NCBI GenBank assembly: GCA_050293845.1 | Contig: JBNKNM010000001.1 | Location: 32,001-96,000 of the forward strand | DNA length: 64,000 nt | Reading direction: 5' to 3' | Origin: Pseudobacteriovorax sp. | GTDB taxonomy: Bacteria; Bdellovibrionota_B; Oligoflexia; Oligoflexales; Oligoflexaceae | Shown: piece by piece, positions 56,702 to 64,000 of the stretch | Position numbering within the stretch: the stretch's first letter is position 1 | Layout: the number at the start of each line of letters is the position of its first letter | Program-made: the position numbers and the translations under genes | Notes under the pieces: model-generated | The model's database searches: none | Seen by the model: only the letters and a program-made list of their open reading frames with translations | What the model was told of the DNA's origin: nothing

Positions 56702-58986
56702 TCATCGTTATCATCTGGCTCTGGCGGATCAAAGGACTCTGGTGGGTCAATGGGCTCTGGCGGATCTATCGGTTCAGATAAAACTCCCTCATCGTCAAAA
56801 CCGCCATCAAGGGGGACTGGTACAGGAGTTGGACTTTCCAACATAGAATCCTTATCGCGGGAAGAATCGGAGCTACTTGCTGGCTTAGCTTCCTGCTCCA
56901 GCTCCTTTAGGAAAGACTCCCGATCTTGCTCTCCGTCATCCCCACTAGTGCTTCTGCCATCCGCAATTGTAGGTAAGGCCCTATAAAAGGTATCACTATC
57001 GGAGTATCCAAAGGCATCTTGCAGCAGAATATCCCGTTCTTTGACCTTCTGCTCATAAATGGCAGCCAGGTCATTAGCACCATATACGATATGAGGAGTT
57101 AAAAATATCATCAAGCTAGTTGTCGTTTTAGAAATTTTAGAGTTTCTAAACAACCAACCTAAAATTGGCAAATCGCCCAACAACGGAATCTTTTGGTAGA
57201 CTTCTTGCTCTCGACGCTTCACCAGGCCTGACACTACCGCTGTCTGGCCGTTTCTTACGGTTACTATCTGGGAGGTTTGGCGTTTGTTTATATTAGGTAG
57301 CCCATTATTAGCATCAATAGCGCCTTCGTTAGCCTCCAATTTAATTTTTAAGGTAACGTAGTTTCCGGAATGACTGACGTTGGGTTTGATTTCCAAACTG
57401 AGATCCGCATCCTCTTTCTCGACCTTTTCTACAGCTCCTGCCCCAACCGCGGCACTTGTTTGAGCACTTTTGAAAAATAGCGTATCACCAACAACGATGC
57501 TCGCCTCTTCATTGTTAGAAGTTAGCAGGTGAGGTGATGACAAGACACGGGTATTGCCATCAGCTTTCAGCATGCTGATCAAGCCGCCGGGGCGCACGTT
57601 GCCAATACCAGGAATCTCCACAGCCTTGGCTGCCAAAACCCCGATGGTAAAGTCCCGACCTAGCGCTTCGGCAATACCTAACTTAGTATTATTGTCGCTC
57701 TGACCATCTGCCGCTGCAATTATTGGCGCTATATTTTTCCCTTGCCAGCCATAGGAAGTTAAAGTACCAGTCGCTTCTTTTCCTGCAATAATAGAGGTAC
57801 CAAAATTAAAGGCATTATTAAGATTCACATCAAGAATATCTGCTTCCACATATACCTGAGCGCGCCTGCGATCCAGCTTCCTGATGATGGAATTGATAGC
57901 CTCATATGCGGAACGTGATCCAGTAATGAGTAAGGCATTAGAGCTTTCATCAGACGCAATCTTTACATTATCACCAAGATCAGCAACAACCGCCCCCTCA
58001 GATTCTCGATTTTTTGTTGTCGATGTACGACGCCTTACACTTCTACCAATGGTACGAGTTCTAGAATTCCTGTTGGCCCCTTGAGCCAGAGAGCTTAAGG
58101 TGGAGGCCAATTTTTTTGCATCAGCATAGTCTAAGAACCTAACCCGGATAGCTGCCTGATTCGCGGGATCATCTACGGGAAAGTCAAATTTCTTCACGAG
58201 ATCCTTCACGTCCTGAATGGTACGAGGAGGACCAAAAATGACAACCGAATTTGATCTTTCATCCACTGATATTTTATAGGTTCGGTACCCACTCCGCTTT
58301 TTCTTACTCGTTGTAGAGGCTTTTAGAATATCACCTACCTTTTGTGAAATAATTTTCGCATCACCGTAGCGTATTGGAACCAAAGCGACTTTCGGCTGTT
58401 GACCGGCTACATCCAATAATTCCACAATCTGAAGAATGCGACGAACCTTAAAACCTGTATCGCTGATAATCAACGTATTCGTAGGCTGATAAGCAATCAT
58501 CGAGTTAGTTGATACGATACGATTCAGGGTAGATTGAACCTGCTTGGCATCAATATATTTCAGGGGAACGATCTGAGTAATAAGCTTATCGGTACGAGGC
58601 GACCATGAGGTCCCTTGGTAAATTCTTAAATTATCTTTCAGAGCGTTTCTAGTTGGCATGATTTTTATAACCTTGCCCGTTTCTACCGTTGTTAAACCCA
58701 AAACATTAAGGGCTGATAAAAAAGCTTGATATGCTTCTTCTTTTGTCACTTTTTTAGGAGAAATCATCTGGACTTTGCCATTGACGCCCTTACCCAAAAT
58801 AACATTCTTCCCAGTCCAGAGTGCGACAGCACGAATAATATCTTTAATATCTGTTGGCTCAGGAAAGTCGATACTGACCAACTCCTGACCTTCAGGCACA
58901 TTTGATGCTACCGGCTTATTTTGAGCATAGCCTCGAAAACCCAGACAGAGAGCAAAAATCCATATCAACTGATGTTTGTAGCTCAC
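56698..58986 (-). CDS. gspD: Type II secretion secretin D
   Basis: N0-N3 domains, LDRRRAQVYVEA, VLSSPHLLT.NNEEA, KIPLLGDLPILGWLF, LMIFLTPHIV. Confidence 0.96.
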   Translation of the reverse strand: MSYKHQLIWIFALCLGFRGYAQNKPVASNVPEGQELVSIDFPEPTDIKDIIRAVALWTGKNVILGKGVNGKVQMISPKKVTKEEAYQAFLSALNVLGLTTVETGKVIKIMPTRNALKDNLRIYQGTSWSPRTDKLITQIVPLKYIDAKQVQSTLNRIVSTNSMIAYQPTNTLIISDTGFKVRRILQIVELLDVAGQQPKVALVPIRYGDAKIISQKVGDILKASTTSKKKRSGYRTYKISVDERSNSVVIFGPPRTIQDVKDLVKKFDFPVDDPANQAAIRVRFLDYADAKKLASTLSSLAQGANRNSRTRTIGRSVRRRTSTTKNRESEGAVVADLGDNVKIASDESSNALLITGSRSAYEAINSIIRKLDRRRAQVYVEADILDVNLNNAFNFGTSIIAGKEATGTLTSYGWQGKNIAPIIAAADGQSDNNTKLGIAEALGRDFTIGVLAAKAVEIPGIGNVRPGGLISMLKADGNTRVLSSPHLLTSNNEEASIVVGDTLFFKSAQTSAAVGAGAVEKVEKEDADLSLEIKPNVSHSGNYVTLKIKLEANEGAIDANNGLPNINKRQTSQIVTVRNGQTAVVSGLVKRREQEVYQKIPLLGDLPILGWLFRNSKISKTTTSLMIFLTPHIVYGANDLAAIYEQKVKERDILLQDAFGYSDSDTFYRALPTIADGRSTSGDDGEQDRESFLKELEQEAKPASSSDSSRDKDSMLESPTPVPVPLDGGFDDEGVLSEPIDPPEPIDPPESFDPPEPDDNDE
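56719..56772 (-). repeat. Three imperfect 18-bp tandem repeats encoding the GspD C-terminal (P/S-I/F-D-P-P-E)x3
   Basis: ctctggcggatcaaagga / ctctggtgggtcaatggg / ctctggcggatctatcgg. Confidence 0.8.
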
Positions 58987-59058
58987 TGTTTTTTTCCCCC
59001 TTGCATTAGTCTTTTCAACATGGACACTTCTCCCGTCGAGCGCAACTTAGCGCCAAAA

Positions 59059-60042
59059 CTACTTAATTTCAACGCTTATGTTTGAAGGAGTCTTTCCTTT
59101 TTTCAAGACTCCTATATTGATTTGACGCTCATTCTGGAGCGCTTCGTAAAGAGCAAAGCCCTTATCAGGCTGGGCCATACTCATCCCATTTACCGAAGTG
59201 ATAACGTCACCGCTATTGAGGTTTATTTTCTTCCATAACGATTTTGACTTAACACCAATCAACTTAAAACCAATCATACTTCCATCTCGGTTATAGGGAA
59301 CTAAGCGTCCCGATTCTAAAATTTTTGCAAAGCCGGGTCCTAAGGCCTCCTCTACAAAGCTACTAGACACTTGAATCGTAGCTAAGTCATCGGAATCAAA
59401 TGAATCTAACTTTACGGGTTCCCGGGCCTCGGAACTTGGTGAAGATGAAAAACCTGGGCCTTTTACTGCAGAGATTTCAAGACATTCCTTCACACCATTA
59501 TTGTTGATCACAAGCCTTTTCTGTTGCACTGCGTAGACGACAGCTTGATCCTGACCAAGGATCGCATCACCTGCGCGGTAGACATCGGCTTCTCGATAAC
59601 CTTTTTCTCTAACTGTAGCCAGAGAGCTTTCCAAATCACCGCTATAGATAATACCTACTAAAGACAGCGGTAGACTAGATTTTATACACTTATCGTCAGC
59701 ATTAAAGATTCCCGACTCATTTGTATCTTCAAGATTGGGGTCCGATTCATCAGGTAGTTCTCCACTGGAATTAAAAATGTTACGTCCCACCACAGTACGA
59801 CGAACTTCCCTGTAGTTGAGAGATTTACGTAAATCGGGTCGTGTCGCGACCGCAGGCACCCCATGGTAAGACTGAATCGCCGCGTCAGACAAAAAGCCAA
59901 TAAATATTGTAGAAGCCGAAGATGCTAACAAATAAGAAAGCAATAAAACCCCAACACTTTTGGCACCTAGATTCGTCGTAACACGAATCGTTCGGTCATG
60001 GCTTTTCCAATAGGTAAGTAATTTATCTTTTACATCAGCCAC
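59059..60042 (-). CDS. gspC: Type II secretion protein C with PDZ domain (copy 2)
   Basis: TM, RNIFNS, LSLVGII, HR domain, PDZ (GFKL..V...SL..K..L.SGDVI..VNG). Confidence 0.85.
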   Translation of the reverse strand: MADVKDKLLTYWKSHDRTIRVTTNLGAKSVGVLLLSYLLASSASTIFIGFLSDAAIQSYHGVPAVATRPDLRKSLNYREVRRTVVGRNIFNSSGELPDESDPNLEDTNESGIFNADDKCIKSSLPLSLVGIIYSGDLESSLATVREKGYREADVYRAGDAILGQDQAVVYAVQQKRLVINNNGVKECLEISAVKGPGFSSSPSSEAREPVKLDSFDSDDLATIQVSSSFVEEALGPGFAKILESGRLVPYNRDGSMIGFKLIGVKSKSLWKKINLNSGDVITSVNGMSMAQPDKGFALYEALQNERQINIGVLKKGKTPSNISVEIK

Positions 60043-60054
60043 CGCTTACGTTTC

Positions 60055-61044
60055 CTATTGAATTTCTATGCTCATATCGAATGTACTACCCCCACGGGTA
60101 ATCCGAACCTCAATGTCTTTTGCCGACTTAAGTTGCTGCAATAGACGAATCGCTCCTGCCGCATCTCGCAGCGGAATTCCATTTATTTCTTCTATGACAT
60201 CCTGGTTTTGAAAACCTGCCTTTTCGTATATGGAAGCCTCGCGAATACGAGTCAGCCTAAACCCTCTTAGCTCACCATTCACCATATTTGGCTCAGCTTT
60301 GGCATCCTGAAGAATTTTAGCCATATTCTCAGAGTTAAGAATGTTCCTCTTGAACTCTTCAGTGATGACAATTTCGTTACTTTTCCTTTGAAAGCCATCC
60401 TCTTGATAGGAATCCGGTGGGGGTTTTGTAGCAAGCCGCGAGAGTCGTGGTCCGCGACTGGAACTGCCTTTTTTCCTTCTAGTTCGCACCAGTTCAAAGG
60501 GCTCAACTTCGATATATTCCCGTCGCCCATCAACTTCTAAAATAACGCGATCTTCGTAGACTTCCACCAACTTTGCTTCCTTAGTTACCATATCTTCTAC
60601 AACAAAGTAATCGGTCTTGCGCTTTTGTGTATTTTCAAGGGTAGCCAATCCCAGCTTGGGATCTCCTCCAAAAATAATGCCACGAACCTTTAGGGGTAAA
60701 TTTGACTTGACCAACTGCCCGGTAGAAACCATGTCATTTTTACTTATTTCAGGTTCCTCTAGACCGAGAGCTCCTTCACTATTAAAGATATTTCGCTGTA
60801 AAATCACCCGCGAATCTTCTTTACTTAAGCCTTTTTCAGGTAGATCAATCTTCGCTCTGCCTCTGTAGATGTTGGAACCTTTACTATTGGTAGGTACGAT
60901 GAAGTATGCAATCCCCATGGAAGCCGCTGAGGCGATAAGAAAGGATGAAACAATAGAGACCGCGACACTTTTGAGGGAAAGGTTCTGCAATATTTCGATT
61001 ATTTTTTTGTTTTTTACCTCAAATTGCACCAAAATCCTCAGCAA
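60055..61044 (-). CDS. gspC: Type II secretion protein C with PDZ domain (copy 1)
   Basis: TM, RNIFNSEG, LKVRGII, DRVIL...GRRE, PDZ (GFRL..I...SIY.KAGFQN.DVI..ING). Start may be 61029. Confidence 0.87.
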   Translation of the reverse strand: MLRILVQFEVKNKKIIEILQNLSLKSVAVSIVSSFLIASAASMGIAYFIVPTNSKGSNIYRGRAKIDLPEKGLSKEDSRVILQRNIFNSEGALGLEEPEISKNDMVSTGQLVKSNLPLKVRGIIFGGDPKLGLATLENTQKRKTDYFVVEDMVTKEAKLVEVYEDRVILEVDGRREYIEVEPFELVRTRRKKGSSSRGPRLSRLATKPPPDSYQEDGFQRKSNEIVITEEFKRNILNSENMAKILQDAKAEPNMVNGELRGFRLTRIREASIYEKAGFQNQDVIEEINGIPLRDAAGAIRLLQQLKSAKDIEVRITRGGSTFDMSIEIQ

Positions 61045-61124
61045 TGTTATTAGGTCAACAAAGGCACCTCATCATATTTGTCAGTTAATGAAGCAAAGAT
61101 GAGACCTTCTGATTTTATAGTATA

Positions 61125-61769
61125 TCAGTGTTGTTCCTCGCCATCTTGGCTCTTATCTCGTAGTAGCATCGATTTTATAAACTGAGCACAGGTATCAACC
61201 GTTACATAACTGCAGCTCAGTGTGAAGTCGGCCTCATCAAATCGGCCCTGCCTACGCAACATAATTTCATCTAACTTGCTCTGAATGAAATGTGCCCGCT
61301 CTTTTAGATTTTCAATCGATAGTGCGTCACGTAGAAGGGGGCGATTTTTTAATGCATCGGGATCGTCCATTAAGCGCTTAGTCACTTCTGAGGTAGGGGT
61401 TGCTAGCCAAACCATTGGCCCTAGAGCTTTTAGGATCTGCCAATTTTTTTCGGACTCAATAGCGCCTCCGCCAGTTACTATGACGTGATTACGAATGGTT
61501 TGAACCATCTGAATCACCTCCGACTCACGCTCACGGAAGCCAGACTCTCCCTCTTCCATGAAGATCCTTGGAATTGTTTTTTGCGCTAACCTTTCGATTT
61601 GTGCATCGATGTCCATAAGCCCAAAATCGAGAATCCTTGCCAGTTGAAAACCAACAGTAGTTTTTCCAGAAGCGGTACCACCCACAAGTACTATGTTGGG
61701 CATGGAGAGACGGTTAAGAACCTTTTCACTATTTTTACTAGATTGAGTTGTATTAGTATTGCTTTCCAA
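61125..61769 (-). CDS. aroK: Shikimate kinase
   Basis: NIVLVGGTASGKTTVG, DID, IF..EGE.GFR.RE, TGGG, RPLL. Confidence 0.92.
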   Translation of the reverse strand: MESNTNTTQSSKNSEKVLNRLSMPNIVLVGGTASGKTTVGFQLARILDFGLMDIDAQIERLAQKTIPRIFMEEGESGFRERESEVIQMVQTIRNHVIVTGGGAIESEKNWQILKALGPMVWLATPTSEVTKRLMDDPDALKNRPLLRDALSIENLKERAHFIQSKLDEIMLRRQGRFDEADFTLSCSYVTVDTCAQFIKSMLLRDKSQDGEEQH

Positions 61770-61803
61770 ACTTTAAAAACCACTAGCCTTCCACATAAAG
61801 TCG

Positions 61804-61887
61804 CAGCTAAAAACAGCTAAAAATGCCCGGTTAATGTATCCTAATTTCAATGTCTTGGATACTTGAAAAGCTCCAAGAAGCTCCAAA
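61804..61887. repeat. Two pairs of 10-bp-period direct repeats in the aroK / crotonase divergent intergenic region
   Basis: CAGCTAAAAA x2 (61804-61823) and AAGCTCCAA(G/A) x2 (61868-61887). Confidence 0.7.
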
Positions 61888-61926
61888 AGTCAAGTACTTT
61901 ACATAAACAAACTTCAGGATCGAGCT

Positions 61927-62691
61927 ATGTACCTTAAAAGAACCGTCAGAGATAATTATATAGAATGGCGCATCCAAAGACCAGAGCGACGCAACGGACT
62001 AGGTATTTCCATCGGCCAAGAACTTTATAATGCCCTGTTACAACTTGAAAACAGTTTACAGAAACAACAAAAAACGCGCGCCCTTGTCGTCAGTGCTACT
62101 CCCACTCCCACTAAACTTGGCAAAGTATGGATTGCTGGAGGAGATTTAAAGGAACTCAGCCTTTTATCGAAAAAAATTGACGGACATAATTATGCCCGCC
62201 TCTACCACGATATCTGCCAAAAAATGGAGTTTCTTCCCATACCTGTCATTTTTGCAATCGACGGCCAAGCTATCGGTGGTGGCATCGAGCTGGCTCTTGC
62301 TGGTGATATCAGGATTGCAACCCATAGCTCCAGTTTTCATTTCAAACAAACTCGTATTGGCCTTGCTAGCGGTTATGGCGGAGCTACAAGGTTATCATCT
62401 TTGGTCGGACAAAGTCGCGCCATGTTTTGGCTGTTACAAAGCTCCACCGTAGATAGTCATACCGCAGAATCTACAGGCTTAATCCACAAAACTTGCGCTA
62501 ATGACCAACTAGAATCCACCCTTGAGCAGGTTGTAGAGAATATTTGCCAATCGCCTTACCAATCAATTCAGGTGCAAAAGCAGATGTTACGCCCCCAAGC
62601 CTCAGGAGCACTCTCCCGCGAGTTAGACCTATTTACGGAATTATGGATGAATCCGGATCATGAAAAATTTTTACGGACATTCAATCAATGA
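61927..62691 (+). CDS. Enoyl-CoA hydratase/isomerase (crotonase family)
   Basis: RPERRNGL, AGGDLKE, PIPVIFAIDGQAIGGGIELALAGDIRIA, G...G.GG..RL..LVG. Confidence 0.9.
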   Translation: MYLKRTVRDNYIEWRIQRPERRNGLGISIGQELYNALLQLENSLQKQQKTRALVVSATPTPTKLGKVWIAGGDLKELSLLSKKIDGHNYARLYHDICQKMEFLPIPVIFAIDGQAIGGGIELALAGDIRIATHSSSFHFKQTRIGLASGYGGATRLSSLVGQSRAMFWLLQSSTVDSHTAESTGLIHKTCANDQLESTLEQVVENICQSPYQSIQVQKQMLRPQASGALSRELDLFTELWMNPDHEKFLRTFNQ

Positions 62692-63510
62692 GCGCCATAA
62701 TCGCTCAGGAACAATAGGCGCCTGGCTATTCACCTGAATCAAGAGACTTTGGAGCTGCTCCCGCGGAAACTTTGCCCAAGATAAATGCAAAGGATGTTGC
62801 GGCAAATCCGGGCGTGGCGCTTTTCCACACAGGATACCCAGATTCTGGCAAAGTCGCTTCCATAGGGGTTGCCACTTTTCTGGTATTTCAGTCAGTTCCA
62901 AAGCAAACTTCGGGTAAGCTATTCTAGTAAAAATCAAAGTGGCAGCAAGGTCGACTTCAGCCACAGATTGCGAGCTAATACTATAGAGGTAACTCTCCTC
63001 AAGCCTCAGGGAAGCCGTAACATGGGATGCCCCAAAAAACTGCCAGGTTTTTGCAAGTTGACCAGGGACAGGCTGCATACCATACCAAGGGTAAGGTATG
63101 CTCAGCCAATCACAGCCTTGCACTTCCGCCCAACTATGAAGAACCGCACCACTTCCGGCAGCGACCAATCCACATGAAGAGCCCTGCCACCGCGCAAGAT
63201 ACAGCCATAAGCCTTTATAGCAAGGTATTTTATAGGGGGTACTGAGATCGTTGAACTCATCGCTGCATATGGTAACAGATTGTTGATCAGCAGATAGCTT
63301 CAAACAACTGTTATCGAGAGGCGTACACTGCCATGGGAAAGGCAGCTTGTATTCCCAGCCCTGCAAACCATACTTAATGAAGTATCCTGTTTGCTCATGG
63401 CCTTCAAAGCTTAAAGATACAGCTGAAGCGTTACTGGGATAATCTCCCCTAATCATTGAGAGTATAAATCCCTTTTCAGACATTGAAACGAAACTCGATG
63501 ACATCACCAT
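62671..63510 (-). CDS. Hypothetical protein (start uncertain)
   Basis: 279-aa ORF directly downstream of ychF, Trp/Pro-rich, no recognised motif. Confidence 0.5.
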   Translation of the reverse strand: MVMSSSFVSMSEKGFILSMIRGDYPSNASAVSLSFEGHEQTGYFIKYGLQGWEYKLPFPWQCTPLDNSCLKLSADQQSVTICSDEFNDLSTPYKIPCYKGLWLYLARWQGSSCGLVAAGSGAVLHSWAEVQGCDWLSIPYPWYGMQPVPGQLAKTWQFFGASHVTASLRLEESYLYSISSQSVAEVDLAATLIFTRIAYPKFALELTEIPEKWQPLWKRLCQNLGILCGKAPRPDLPQHPLHLSWAKFPREQLQSLLIQVNSQAPIVPERLWRSLIECP

Positions 63511-64000
63511 CTTTCACGACATAATCGCGACCTTCCTGACGGACCAATCCAAGCTGTTTGAGCTTTGCGCGACTCCCTGCCTGTTCTAGGTCGCTAATTG
63601 CATATACTTCTGCACAAATGAAACCTCTTTCAAAGTCTGAGTGGATTTTTCCGGCGGCAACTGGTGCCTTATCCCCAACTTTGATGGTCCAAGCACGAAT
63701 CTCCTTTTCACCCGCCGTGAAATAAGTTTGCAAACCTAAGAGTCCGTAGCCATCTCTTATCAGCCGGTCTAAGCCCGCTTCACTCATATCCAGACCAGCG
63801 ATCATTTCCGCTTTTTCCTCTGGTTCTAAAAGGCTCAATTCCTCTTCAATTTTGCCACAAATGATGGTGATTCCTGCACCTTCAGAGATAGCCTTTTCCT
63901 TCACAAGCTTCGTAAATTCGTTATCGGTATCACCCGCAGCTAATTCTTCATCAACGTTACAAACATAAAGCACCTTTTTGCTAGTGATGAGGTGTAACTC
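63476..64000 (-). CDS. ychF: Redox-regulated ATPase YchF (3' part, continues beyond window)
   Basis: LITSKKVLYVCNVDE, TYFTAGEKEIRAWT, AAGKIHSDFERGFI, EGRDYVVKDGDVIEFRFNV. Confidence 0.97.
   Translation of the reverse strand, partial: ELHLITSKKVLYVCNVDEELAAGDTDNEFTKLVKEKAISEGAGITIICGKIEEELSLLEPEEKAEMIAGLDMSEAGLDRLIRDGYGLLGLQTYFTAGEKEIRAWTIKVGDKAPVAAGKIHSDFERGFICAEVYAISDLEQAGSRAKLKQLGLVRQEGRDYVVKDGDVIEFRFNV

Noticed and set aside
46226..61044. Type IV pilus operon (because of the PilM-like gene)
   Set aside because: GspG, GspK, GspC-PDZ, GspN and the C-D-E-F-G order identify a T2SS. There is no PilT or PilA.

Overview
This is an AT-leaning bacterial chromosomal segment. Several features point to a Bdellovibrionota/Oligoflexia-like or related former deltaproteobacterium (inference): a tandem gspC pair, PilM-like GspL, GspN, an spd-type EF-G and a myxobacterial-type PrkA. 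Housekeeping genes include pyrE-pyrF, long-form phhA, mnmA, rarA, purH, a PIN-PhoH, prkA, an orphan infC, prs, frmA-fghA, helD, fusA, aroK and a partial ychF. Larger modules are a complete type II secretion operon (gspC-C-D-E-F-G-H-I-J-K-L-M-N), a secondary type II fatty-acid cluster with its own acyltransferase and PPTase, a GT-C/GT2 glycosylation pair flanked by apparent IS remnants, and a FliT-like/GT4-TPR/unknown three-gene operon. I saw no rRNA, tRNA, CRISPR array or intact mobile element. The best leads are: (1) the secondary FAS-II/acyltransferase lipid cluster; (2) a ~110-nt rod-shaped structured leader upstream of purH that does not match the ZTP riboswitch; (3) a Cys-cluster enzyme with an RRE/PqqD-like C-terminus; (4) the GT4-TPR operon; (5) a structured fusA leader; (6) an unannotated 54-aa protein; (7) several sigma28-like promoters before non-flagellar genes. 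All family assignments come from motif recognition by eye, not database searches.
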